The notes under the pieces are model-generated. The model had not been told where the DNA came from. It ran no database searches and saw nothing but the letters and a program-made list of their open reading frames with translations. A stretch of DNA of 64,000 nt from Antedon mediterranea. Lineage: Eukaryota > Animalia > Echinodermata. The stretch spans positions 14,260,001 through 14,324,000 of the forward strand of contig NC_092672.1 in NCBI RefSeq assembly GCF_964355755.1, read 5' to 3'. Positions 25,701 through 38,734 of the stretch are shown here, in pieces (within the stretch, counting starts at the first letter, position 1; each line of letters begins with the position of its first letter). The position numbers were made by a program, and so were the translations under genes.

Positions 25701-28700
25701 AATGGACATACTGTATATTATGTATTGGAAAATATATAGCTAAAAATGGCCTATACAAACAACATCAAACCTCTCTTAAGAGAAAAATACTTCTTTTTTG
25801 CAGATAGATAAATCGTACCTAATATTACCAGATACCAATTACTACTTGAATGAGACAGCAAATGGAGATGTAAGTATTATCCTACTCTCCCCCTTCCTGT
25901 ATTCAAAACCTTATATACATTTATCAACCTAGCCATTGTTTACGTTCATTCATTGATAAACTTGCTCTCCAAGTGCCTAAAACAAACTTGAAAAATTCCA
26001 CTTCTCACAGGGCAATTTTTTGCTGATGCATCTTTCGTTTAGAATACACTGCCTCATTGTATACGTAATTTGTCTACGTCAGTTTAAATCTGTTCTTAAA
26101 ACCCACCTTTTTAGTTGCAAGTGCTGTGAGGCTTTAAAGAGTGCCTCAACATTTTTTTTATTATATCATACTGTCGTGGTTCGGGAATCCTTAATATTGA
26201 TTTGCTAGCTTTAGACCATTAAGGTTTGGTTTGTGAAGCCCTAGCAGTCTTATTTCGTTTACACTCCATCGCGGTCAAAGATCGCTGCACACACTACGCT
26301 CGAATCACAAGTTGTCAAAACGTAGAACCCCTATTTGGTATCGGCTGCCATAAATTAGCTTATTAAATTTTTAAAGATTTTGAGGATCTGCATTTTTGTA
26401 TCCTTGGGTATAAGCCCACCCCTCAAACTTGATGTGATTTCATGTTCAAGGGGTAGGGCTTATACCGCATCAGTACGGTAATATCTGACTGACTTATTAA
26501 CTGATTCTGTGTAGGTACTGGAAGCATATACAGACTTCATGGTAGAACTAGCTGTGTTACTTGGTGCTCCTGAAAATAAGTCACGTGCTGCATTTAAAGA
26601 GGTGCTGGAGTTGGAAACTAAGATTGCAAATGTAAGTTGACTTGGCATACACATATTATGTTCACTATAATATCTCTATTGCTTAACAAGCCCATATAAG
26701 AGGGTTCTATTTTCCACAAAAAACATTGAGATATATTAAGCATACCATATACTGCTGTAGTCTCTTGAAAAGGATACTTCAGCAAAAAAGAGGGTTTTAT
26801 TGATGTTGATTAAGTCATACAATTGCATATAAAATTTAAAAAAAATTCATTTCGACAATCAAACAAACTATGACATTTTCTTAGGCCGAAATAACAAACT
26901 TAACATTAACTTTCTTCTTTAAAATGTTCATATATTAAATTTAAAAGTATATACTTTGACAGTGCATCATTTTTTAAAATGTTTTGTCATCATAGTAAAA
27001 AATTATAATTCATTGCGGTATGTAATAATCTATCTGCACCAATGTGGTTACTGCATAGTAAATACACGGAGGAATCTTCTTCAACGAAACGAAATAAGAA
27101 TATATGATTTATAATGAAATCTAGATTGTGTCTTTATTATTATGTAACAAATGTGGTTTATGACATTATACGTAAAGGGATCTTTGATCAGATTGTGATA
27201 CCGCCTATTGTATTTGCGTTAGCCAGATCCTATCTTCATATATTATAAATATTATAAAAGATTCTGATAAAATCAACCAATCAATATATCTTTTAAAAAT
27301 CAATTATCTTTATTTAAATCAATGCATATAACCTATAATTCATCATAGTGACGAATTAAATCTAGTTATATAATTATTAGTTATGTATACTATTATTATA
27401 TTCATGTATTTTACTTTTTTAGCTTTCAAGTCAATTGTACACTTATAATTATTATAAAACAGATCTCAAAAGTGTACAGCAGATGATGCCAGCTGTGAGT
27501 ATACTCGGAGCACAATCCCATACTTATTCTCACAAAGTTCACTTTCTTACAAATTCATATTTAATATTCCATTCTCACAATTACACTTATATACTGTATT
27601 CCATACTAATTATCAACAAGTTCATATAAATATTCCATACTAATTATCAACAAGTTCATATAGATATTCCATACTCATTCTCAACAAGTTCATATAAATA
27701 TTCCATACTCATTATCAACAAGTTCATATAAATATTCCATACTCATTCTCAACAAGTTCATATAATATTTCACTCATTCTCACACTAATTAATAAACGTT
27801 TATGAGTGTATTGGTACAAATAACGGCATGAGGTGAATGATGAAATGTTATACGATTCCATGTCTTGTAGAGATGTTCCCATAAATTAATCAAAAGCTAA
27901 TTTAAATTATTAATATCTTTCCAAACATACTCATTCTCAACAAGTTTATTTAAAGGTCAGGTACAGGCATGAATTTTAAATATAACATCTGGTTAAATGT
28001 ACATAAATCAAATATTATGTAACAGAAATCAAGACAAAGAAACATGAATTTCCCTTAAAGCTGTTGAACACAAAATTATGCCATAAAATCCAAGAAGACT
28101 TCTTTTCAGTAGTTAGGTATTTTAACCTAATGTAATAACATGTCTGGTGACTCCCTAGAAGGTGAAAAAAGATGGTGGATATATGGTGGATAATTTTTGC
28201 TATAGCATGAAAATAAAACTCTGGAGTTGAATGAAAATACCAGAAATGTCAAATTAGGTACTTTAGTCATCTGATAAAATTATTTACCTCACAATTTATT
28301 TTTCATAAGTTTTTTTTTTAAATACAAAGAATAGAGATTTTACTGTGTAATTTGAACTATCCCCCCACTGTAAAGAAAGTGCTTATATTCAACAAGCTTG
28401 TGTAACACAAATAAAATCCCCAAATTTATGAAACATAGGAGAAGCTATAGATCGATAATTATTGGAATGTATGATCAATATAAATTTTTGGCCTGCACCT
28501 GGCCTTTAATATTCCACACTCATTATCACAAAATACATATAAATTCATCTAAAATTCCATGATTCCCATTATATATTTTGCTGTTTTACCATGTTCAATG
28601 GTTTATATAAGTAAAATGAAAGACAAGTATGTGCTCAGTTCAACAGTTCAACCAATCTCTACTCACTTTTTATATTTTCATAACTCTTACTGAAGGATAT

Positions 28701-31700
28701 ACTTGTTTCATTTATTTAACTTTTTAAATTTTAAATCAGTAAATAACTTCTGAGTTTGAGGTAATACAAATCATTGACAATTCAATGAGTGTGTACTCAA
28801 TACTATTCAATGAGTGTGTACTCAATACTATTCAATGAGTGTGTACTCAATACTATTCAATGAGTGTGTACTCAATACTATTCAATGAGTGTGTACTCAA
28901 TACTATTCAATGAGTGTGTACTCAATACTATTCAATGAGTGTGTACTCAATACTATTCAATGAGTGTGTACTCAATACTATTCAATGAGTGTGTACTCAA
29001 TACTATTCAATGAGTGTGTACTCAATACTATTCAATGAGTGTGTACTCAATACTATTCAATGAGTGTGTACTCAATACTTTGTTGTGATTTACAGATTGA
29101 TTGGATTTCATTGTTGTCTGCTAAGTTTGCGCCAGTGGATATTACTATTGGGCCCTCTGAACCAGTTATACTTTATAATAAGGAGTTTATAACCAATCTT
29201 TCTCAACTACTATTGGAAACAGAACCACGGTAAGTACAAAATTAGTAAAAAAATTGAGCTAAGACAAAGATGGAAACTGAACATATTTCTGCATGCAAGC
29301 CATAGATAAAAGATAGTAGTGCCTAAAAATAAGTTCTAAAATTTAAAACCTAATTCTTTATCTTTTGTATTGTATTTGCCAAAATGTAGGGGATTAATAA
29401 ATTACCTTTTTAGGCTTAATATGCGCTTATGTAAACTCAACTTTGTCGACATAGAGTATAATGAATGTTTTTGAGTTGTATGATAAAAAAATTTCATGAG
29501 TTAAAAGATTGACTGCTATAAATGTGGTGGAGAATTGTTATAAACAGCGTACACTGTGTTAACAGCCGCTTCACATTCCGAAAAGTATTGCAATTTCGAC
29601 AAAAAAGTTCAATAGTGCTATTAATTTGTTCATTAGTGCAAAATAATGAGCAGCATGTGATGCCTAATTAACCACCCAAATGGCAAGAATACAAGCAGGT
29701 GTGTGATAATACACCTAATTGTTGGTATGGCTCTTTCAATGATAACATTTTTCTTGTTATTTTTATTACAACGTCTTAGACAATTATAGTCAAATTCTTT
29801 TTTTGTTATTATTTTCTTGTTTGTAGCGTTCTTCACAATTTTATGATGTGGCAGGTTGTAGATTTTATGGCTGAATGGCTGAGCGAGGATTTTACAGATG
29901 CCGAATTGGAGCTGTCCAAAGTCCTCATCGGCAAAACAAGCTCAACTCAGAAATGGCGTTTCTGTGTAAATATGGTGGATAACATGATTGGAATGGCTGG
30001 TGGCGCTATGTTTGTAGATGCAGCATTTAAAGGTGGCGATAGTAAGAAAACAGTACGTATTAATTCATTCCATTTAATGAGAAAGTTGTATCTAACTTTT
30101 TCATAAAATGAATAATATGATTATACTGTTTTAACAAGCTTTCAAATATGGTCTGGAATGGAATTTCTTCTTTTTCATTTATTACCAATACTGTACTAGA
30201 TAAACATTACTGCTCAAGTTTTCTGCTCAAGTTTTCTGCTCAAAGTTGGTAGAATTCAGTACCATCACCTGTTCGATTCTTTTTATTTTTTGTTAGGCAA
30301 AATAGTTATTATGACACTTATTAAAATAATTTTAAGTGTTTTTTCTGAATTGCGATGAATTGTGTAAGTAAGTATGTTAACATTAACATTGTAAAACTTT
30401 AGAAACAATTTCTCAGAATGGACCGCAAAACAAAATAGAGGAACAGATATGGAATGAATTTCTCAAACTTAATTAGTGTATTGTCTAAATACCTTTTATA
30501 AAATAAATCTATACAATTGTACTGAGGATATCGAAACGTGGCAGGCTATAGGCGCTTGACCTTTGACAAGATCGCCTAAAATTTATAATTTAAAACTACG
30601 ATATTTAGTATTGTATATTCAGGAATAACCACTCCTTATATCTTATTTATTTTATTCAGTTGACAACCAACAGCGATGAAACTGCCACTAATAGGTTGAA
30701 TCTAAACATAATAAACTATAAAAATGTATTCAAATAAGCAACAAAAACATAAACAAAGATCACAACATTATTGAGATTTAACAATTTTACCTTAAATACA
30801 TTTAAACTATCATCAAATAAATCAATATCCAAACAAGTAACAAGTAACCTATTAAATGTGTTAGGTAACCGCTGAAAAATACCTCGTTTTGTGCATTCAA
30901 CACGACCACAAGGAACGTGAAGCAAACACTTGCTACGAGTACGAGTTGGTATATTCAACTTAAACAAAACAACAAGAGGACAATCATAAACAGAATTGAA
31001 TGAGTTGTGTAAAAAAACCATATCAAAAACAACTCTACGATTTTCAAGAGAAATAAGGGAAACATTATAATTAGGACAAGTGCGAGGAATCTAAATTTGT
31101 TCTGAACATTATAAATACGCTGAGATTGAGTACAAGAAATTGAATTAAAAATGACTGAACAGTATTCTAGGTGGGGGCACACAACTGAACGGTACAATGA
31201 TGTTAATGCTCCACCATTGCCCATGAATCTACAGTTCCTCCATAACAAACCCAGCATTCTATTTGCCTTAGATACAACATAATTAACATGTAAACAAAAA
31301 TTTAACTTACTATCAATTAAAACTCCTAAATCCCGTTGAGAATTAACACAATCTAATTCCTGGTCATTTATTAACTCAAAATTATTTATACTAACAACCA
31401 TTACTATTTATATGCCTAGTGTGTAAACATTTCACATAATTTCATTAAACATCCACATACAGTACAACTCTTCTTAACAATTTTTTTTTTCAATCATCAA
31501 TCAACTAAAAGTCGTAGTTAGTCATGTCTTGGGTCACATTCTATGGTCACCGTACAGATAGGCTACTACATCAGTACTTCTATGAATGGATGACTAGAAC
31601 GCTAGTTGGTCATACCCAGTACCGTTTTGATTTTACAATCATTCGGGAAACCACCTCACGACGATATGCTTTTTATTACAGGCTAAAGTTATGGTAGAAG

Positions 31701-34700
31701 AAATCAGAGAAGCTTTTAAGAACAATCTTCCTGATCTTGACTGGATGGATGATGAAACAAGAAAAGCTGCAAGTGAAAAGGTAAACATTCATTAAAAACT
31801 CTTTTACAAAGCATAACTAAGAAATATTTCTTACAAAAAACGCCGCTCGACATTTAAAAATTATACATTGTTCTTTCTTTAGATATATTAATTGATTTAT
31901 TATATCAATTATTTTTGTTTAACAATCAGTAGTAAACATTTTATGTAAATATAGTCTGGCCTACTGTACAGAACAAAAATATGATCATAAACTAAACCAC
32001 AGTATATGTATGTACATATATTCCAGGGTAGGAGCATTTACCTCCCTATAACCCGGCCCACATAGTCTAGTATAGGTCTATACTACCTAACGATGCAACA
32101 TTAAAAGTTGATAGCATACATTTCCTCTTAATATTTTGTATCAATATTAAAATAAAGAAAGAATTATAACAATCTGACTTGTAGTTTTGGAAATTTTGGG
32201 TCAAAACATAGCCGAAAATAATCATTTTTAGCCACGATTGAAGTAAATAAACTGCGCCCTCAGTAGACACTTTAAAAATTACGGTTTTTAGTAATATATT
32301 TTGTATATCAACATTGTAAAAATATGATATTACATGTTTATTAAATAAAAAAAGAGTGTCTATTTAGTATTAAAAGATTCATTGGTGTAAACAATATGAT
32401 AGAATCTCCATTTTTTAATATGATCTTTAATATGGTCAGTGAGGCAGTAATGCAAAGCTTATGCAATTTGTAAGTGAAATTACATGAAAGCAAGACAGGG
32501 CTGGCCAGTAAGGTTTCAACCTGACCAATTTTTCACAGAGGCATTTAACAACCCTTTTTTTGTGATCGGCACTGCATGAATGGAATAATGCACTGCATGA
32601 ATGGAATAATGCACTGCATGAATGGAATAATGCACTGCATGAATGGAATAATGCACTGAATGAATGGAATAATGCACTGCATGAATGTAATAATGCACTG
32701 CATGAATGCAATAATGCACTGCATGAATGCAATAATGCACTGCATGAATGCAATAATGCACTGCATGAATGCAATAATGCACTGCATGAATGCAATAATG
32801 CACTGCATGAATGCAATAATGCACTGCATGAATGCAATAATGCACTGCATGAATGCAATAATGCACTGCATGAATGCAATAATGCACTGCATGAATGCAA
32901 TAATGCACTGAATTGTATTTTCAATTTATTGTATACTATGTGATTATTTTAAATTTAGTATTTTAAGTGATCAATGAAATCAGTTAAAATATGGGTAAAT
33001 TGCGATTTTTGTTGTATTTATCAACTCATCATTTGTTTCAGTGTATTATTATGTTTTTATTGTATTTCTAGGCTGAAGCTGTAGTTGACCTAATCGGTTT
33101 TCCTGAATTTATAATGGATGATAACAAGCTGGACTTGTACTATATCAATGTAAGGAAAATCAATCCATTATTCCTTGAAGCAAAAATCCTGGCTAGCTTT
33201 CCAGATGTTATTATAATTCATCTACAGCTTACTCCTTTGTGCCTCCTAAACTTTAATTGTGAATGTGCCAAGAAACCTGTTATTAGGTGATCATTTAGAA
33301 TAAAATGATCACCTATTGTTATTGTATGAAATCTTTATTTTTCTTTTTTTTTTCTTTCTGTACACTTTTTGTGTAATAAATATCTCAAAAAGTTGAATGG
33401 CAATGATCACAAAAATGTCACCATGTCTTTCAAATACTTTAAAACTTAGTCATAATAAGCTTTTCAGCGTGATAACTCATCCGTGATGTCATTTATACGC
33501 CATTTTGTGAATCACATTATCAATCATATCTCCATAATTCATTATCACATATTAATGAAATTCACTACACGTAAACTTCAGGTCAAGGGTAAAAATATTA
33601 GCAAATAAAAACGCACGCGCATGTAGGGTCATGTGCGTGAAATCGCGCGTTAAAAATTAAAAAAGCTCAAAATTAAGTTTTGATCAATTTAGAGCATGAA
33701 AAATTACGTACGCGATTCTTAAAAAGCGTAGAAAATGAAATTTGATGTATATATCTCATTCTACTCACAAACCTTAGTACATTTACCGATTTTGAGTCCA
33801 TTCCGAATGGGTACTTGAATTTAAAAATTAGGATTTTTTATCTTTTTGTGTAGATTATCACATTCAACAGAGCGCATCTCAGTTATTTGTGCTCAAATTT
33901 CGCACAAATTTCAGTATTTGCTTGCTTAATTAATTATCTTTCTTAAGAGTTGTCAGTTTTTTCATTTTGATGACGTCATCACGCGTAAAAACTTGAATAA
34001 CGTAGGTCATGAAATTTCACATACACCATTGATTTGAATATCTTACAGCTCTTCAGAATTAAAGGTGACCTTGAAATTTATAAGTTATTATAAAAGCTGA
34101 TGAAATGTAAATATGAATTCATATAAAAATTAAGCCGATCAGATGTTGTGATTTTATCATATGGCCAGTTGAAGTTAAAATGTAGTTTTAAAATTTCTTT
34201 AGTCAAAGTTATACAAATTTCAAAGAGCGCGCATTGCCCTTCTACGTGTCAAATTCTCTTCCAATTCTTATATTTATTTGCTCAATTCATTATCTTTCGA
34301 AATTGTCATCTTTGAGTTTATTTTGATAATTCCATCATACTGTACCATTAGAACATAATGTGTGTCCCATAATTTCACCTATGCTACACTGTATATAGAT
34401 ATACAGTATATACTGTATATAATTGTATATGGCATATAATAGGCACAACTCAACACTATAAGCATATAATAGGATGGAATACATCATCATTTTCCGATTG
34501 TATGTTAACGTACATGCATGTTTAAAAAAAATTAATTTCAGTAATTAATTAATTAATTAATGTCAATAAAATGATAAAAATGATCACCTATAATTCGTCA
34601 AAGTGACAAATTAAATTCCAGTTTGTTTATTTGTTTTTGTATGTTACTCAATACTATTTTAGAACCACATATTCTTAGTATTATTCTACTATACATCAAC

Positions 34701-37700
34701 AAAAATATCTATTTATCAATATGTTTACAGATTAGTGGTGTATATCATTATTTAAGGATCAATATCAATGTTTACTATACTATTGTATATACAGGGCCAT
34801 AGGCACCAGTACAGTTGGTAAGGTTTCAACCTGACCACTTTTTGACAGAAGACTTTTATTGTAGCCTGCACAGATTTTCCCTCTTTTTGCAACCACCGCA
34901 CCAATTTAATTCTGGCTACAGGACTGACAGTTTTGTGTTTTATTTATATTTTTAGTTGACAATCAACAGCACTCAATATTTCCAGAATCACCTTCGTGTT
35001 CTAAAAGAAAATGAAGAGGAAATGCTGAGGAGCTTACGACAACCCGTGTCTAAAAAAGAATGGTTGATGACACCTCCTACAGTCAATGCTTACTATACTC
35101 CTACCAAGAATGAAATAGGTTTAATAAATACTTACATAGATTCATAAGTTATTTCAGACTAATCAGTTTAACTGAATTGACTAAAGTTTATCATAACACA
35201 AATTGTCATTGTGATTAAAGCGCTTTACACTAACCGATCATCTGGTACTACTTATAGGGAAAAAGGTTCTTTTTTTGTGAGGTTATTTCACATTTCGCGG
35301 GCCAAGCTTTGAAAAACGAATGTTTACCAGATGATCGGTGAACACGAGGAGCATAAAAACTGGCAATATCGCTTTCAGACCTAAAAGTGGGGTTACATAG
35401 ACCCACAATACTTCAAATTTAGTTAGAAGCATAAAGTTGGTATGGCAACTTTTAAAATTTGAGGCTAATTAAAATTTAACCTTTGACCTCAGATAATGTC
35501 AGAACTCGTAAACTGTGCATTCTAGAAATACCTAAAATTGAAACAGATTATGCCGATGGTAATACTGAGTGTCATGGTCGGTGTTTTTTAATCAAAGTTA
35601 CCATGTAGTAATCATATATTATTAACACATTTATTGTGCTATCTAGAATGGTTTGAGCTTGCACAATGCAACACTGTATGCAAAATATGTTATACTGTAG
35701 TATAAAACATTTTGATTATGTTAGCAATAGCTTCTCTGGTCAAATAACGATGGCGAGCTTTTACAAATAAAATTGTTTCACTTTTGCACTGCCTAAATTG
35801 AGCACAGCTTTTTGATTTTTGAGACAGCAGATTTTCTGAAACTGTATTTGCCTTTTAAGTAAATCTTCGAGGGGGCTGGGTTACAGTTATTTTTTTATTT
35901 AGATTACATACAGCATAATTATGAAAAGAAATATTTTTATATAATTACTGTAGTGATGATATTACCAATACTAAATGTCAACACAGTAAATATAATATTA
36001 GTGCATCTTTTTCCATTCTTAAGGTTCACCCAATAGGTCCAGATCTATTGTTTTAAATAACTCTTATAGTATTGAGTTAAATGCATCATGTTTCTATTAA
36101 ACATGAATAGATAATAGTAGTACTTCTGAATCATTTGCAATTATTTTCGTGTTTCTAGGATGTACGATTTGGTAGTTCTGAGGAATTGGACATTATCTGA
36201 GGTCAGAGGTCAAATTTTAAATGGCCTGAAATCTTAAAAGTTGCGAATTTCCGAATTGCAATACCAAATTTTATACTTCTAACCCAATTTAAAGTATCAA
36301 CCCTTTTTTTAAAGCTAAGGAACCCCACTATAAGACCAGTAAGTTTACACAATAATTATAAACTTGAACGAAAATTTTGAACCCTACTCTTTGCTCAATG
36401 GTAACCAATCTGTACATGGTGGCCCTTAAAAGGCTAATATCTGTTTGAACAAGGCAATCTAACAGGGTGCTGAGCTCCGGAGATCAAAGAGTTCCACGCC
36501 CTAAACAGACACTGTGCCACGGAGAAGATGTTCACAGTACAGTACTGTTGGAATTTGTCAATCAAAGGAATGTTGTGAGTTCTTGGCAAGGCGAGCTTGG
36601 TGTCCTGTTTTTAGATTGCCTTGGTTAAAACCAGAAAATAAATAATGAAGTGATTCTTTTATTCATCATTTGTTTTTTATATTTGTGTTATTTGTAGTTT
36701 TTCCTGCTGGTATTTTACAAGCTCCATTCTATGATGCTGATTATCCTAAGTAAGTAAAATGCTTTCTCTTAATGTAAGTATTTGTATTTTAATATATTTC
36801 ATTAACTTTTTTCGCTGCTTCTACAAATAAAGGACAGCAAGTAATGAGCAAATTAATTGGAAATTAGTAATGCATAGCATAAAGAATGTACATTTGTATA
36901 TTCTAAAAATGTCTACAGTCAATAAATATGTCCAAACCTTCATTTTGACAAATTATTATTTGCCAAAATTATCAATCAATTGTCAGCATAAGTTCCACCT
37001 ATTAATGTGAAGATAAGGAACTATTAGAGTTAGTATTTATTTTATTGCAGTTATTTTTATATTTCGTGTTATAGATCGTTAAATTTTGGTGGAATTGGAG
37101 TTGTTATGGGTCATGAGTTAACACATGGTTTTGATGACGAGGGTCGTCGCTTTGACAAAGATGGTAACTTGCGACCATGGTGGAACAACAAAACAGTTGA
37201 CAGATTTGAAAACCAAATGGATTGTATGGTGGATCAGTATTCTAAATACAAAGTCAATAGTGACTATGTAAGTTTTTACAGCTTTATCCCATATGTGATG
37301 CAATCTTTGTATAGCCCAGAGCATTTTGCTCAAGCAAACAAGGTACCATAATCTGAATAACATAACAGATTCAGAGTCTTCCTGCATGTGGCCCCTGGAG
37401 CCAAAAAGAAGGGGCTAAACATGTGGCTTTTCATGTGCCAACTTCTCATTTTCAGAAGATTTTTTTTTGTTAGGTAGATAGGTACTTTTCTTTTGATGAT
37501 GCTTATTAACTCCAATACCCAGATGAAGCAAATCAATATTGAATAAACATTTCACCCTTTTGAACTGATAAATTGAAAGAACTTAATTTAATCTAGAGTA
37601 CTCATTCATTCTTAGCCTGTGTTGGTATTCAATATCTCGTTATAAATATTATTATTTTAAACAATAGTCTTAAATATACTAAATTGTTACACATTTCTTG

Positions 37701-38734
37701 GTGGCGTAGTTACAAAAGAGAAAAGAAGGTTTTTTGATTTGCATTTGGTCTTTCAGTCTGCAATACATGATTGATATTATACAGATATTGTCTTCGTAGA
37801 AAGAGGTGAAAAATAAGATTTAATATCAAAATCGGCAAGGATATATAACATAGTCATGTGATGCAGTTTCAACCATCGTACCTGTATTTACATGGGCTAT
37901 ATTATATAATGAATGTTTATGTGACCCACAATCGTGCAATCAAATCAAATGATGTAAAATCATATATCTTCATGGTCTTCCAATTTTTCTGATACTATCT
38001 TAATGCTCTGTCATGTTGTGTGTATTATTTTTTTACAGCAACCTAACATTACATTTTACTTATTAAAAAATAATTAATAATTGTTTACTAATTTAGGTTG
38101 ATGGTAGTCAAACACTTGGGGAGAACATTGCTGACAATGGTGGTTTAAAGTCTGCTTTTCATGTAAGTATCAGGCCTGAAATTTCACATTTCTGCATCAC
38201 ACAATTCTCAATCATGTATGTGTCTTAGCTGTCAATGTAAAGCTGTACTATCTTGCAGGCGTATGAAGAATGGATAGATATTCATGGAAAGGAAACAGAA
38301 TTACCTGCCATTGGACTGACTCAGAAGCAATTGTTCTTTGTTGGCTTTGCTCAGGTGTGGTGTACATCAAGTACTCCTGAAGATGCTCATCTTAAGATAT
38401 TGACAGATCCTCATAGTCCTGCTAAGTACAGGTATCTATGCATAATTGTTCTACATTGCAAGCCAATGACAAAACAATAGGATAATGACTATACTGTAGA
38501 CATTTAGTGAAAGCATGTGGCATTAATTTAATTATATTATAATTAACAGATTATTTATTAATTTGTTTACATTTGTCAAGAATGATAAACAAGTAATAGT
38601 ATGGTGGGTAATCGTTACTTTTTTGCTATTTTAGGGTGATAGGAACATTATCCAATTCAGAGGACTTTGCTGAACTTTACAAATGTAAAAAAGGTTCACT
38701 GATGAATCCAGTTAAAAAATGTGAGGTGTGGTGA
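19705..38734 (+). CDS. ECE1: Endothelin-converting enzyme-like M13 (neprilysin family) zinc metallopeptidase, type II membrane protein, about 758 aa, 17 coding exons
   Basis: Exons assembled by hand, all AG/GT-bounded and in phase: 19705-19951, 21778-21981, 22564-22697, 24954-25106, 25804-25869, 26515-26631, 27423-27494, 29096-29229, 29827-30052, 31682-31780, 33072-33149, 34956-35118, 36698-36749, 37075-37267, 38097-38162, 38259-38431, 38635-38734 (2277 nt). Motifs: N-terminal MSKYKR, TM segment [56 protein letters not shown] (HExxH), [14 protein letters not shown]-terminal CEVW*. VNAYY and CEVW fit the ECE type rather than NEP (VNAFY/CRVW). The symbol means ECE1/ECE2-like; one-to-one orthology is not established. 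Confidence 0.95.
20222..20745 (+). repeat. Dispersed DNA-transposon-like repeat, second copy at about 55250-55800
   Basis: About 500 bp colinear with 55250-55750. aagttacgttga at the left end of this copy is the reverse complement of tcaacgtaactt at the right end of the other copy. Confidence 0.75.
23399..23523. repeat. 61-bp tandem duplication, 2 copies
   Basis: tgttgtgggctgcagtccaggcctagctttcgatatagtcctggctactttcctggctggc occurs twice. Confidence 0.9.
24275..24464. repeat. 46-bp minisatellite, 4 copies
   Basis: Unit attaacaatatggctgctcttcaatatttagtgccttacatcaat(a/g). Confidence 0.95.
27596..27780. repeat. 34-bp minisatellite, about 5 copies plus degenerate flanking units
   Basis: Unit ccatact(a/c)att(a/c)tcaacaagttcatataaatatt, period 34. 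Confidence 0.9.
27954..28505 (+). mobile_element. Kolobok-like non-autonomous DNA transposon, copy 2
   Basis: TTAA|AGGTCAGGTACAGGC ... GCCTGCACCTGGCCT|TTAA; homologous to 8704-9310. Confidence 0.85.
28780..29079. repeat. 25-bp minisatellite, 12 essentially identical copies
   Basis: Unit attcaatgagtgtgtactcaatact; 300 nt. Confidence 0.97.
30640..31470 (-). mobile_element. 5'-truncated CR1/L2-type LINE with retained 3' stem-loop and tail
   Basis: ORF 30955-31401 [39 protein letters not shown] and ORF 30716-31021. Minus-strand hairpin caacc...ggttg followed by AATAAA repeats at about 30640-30700. Confidence 0.9.
32569..32910. repeat. 21-bp minisatellite, about 16 copies
   Basis: Unit gcactgcatgaatg(c/g)aataat. 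It explains the four repetitive ORFs at 32436-32924. Confidence 0.97.
35386..36329. mobile_element. Non-autonomous DNA transposon with about 115-bp degenerate TIRs
   Basis: agtggggtt...tgacctcagataatgtc (35386-35500) is inverted at gacattatctga...aaccccact (36189-36329). Confidence 0.7.
36448..36626. mobile_element. Short MITE; inverted second copy at 58657-58899
   Basis: TIR aacaaggcaatctaa / ttagattgccttggtt, and the internal sequence is shared with 58657-58899. Confidence 0.75.

Noticed and set aside
32436-32924. Repetitive His/Cys/Met-rich ORFs
   Set aside because: They are translations of a 21-bp intronic minisatellite, open in several frames on both strands, with no evident splice signals.
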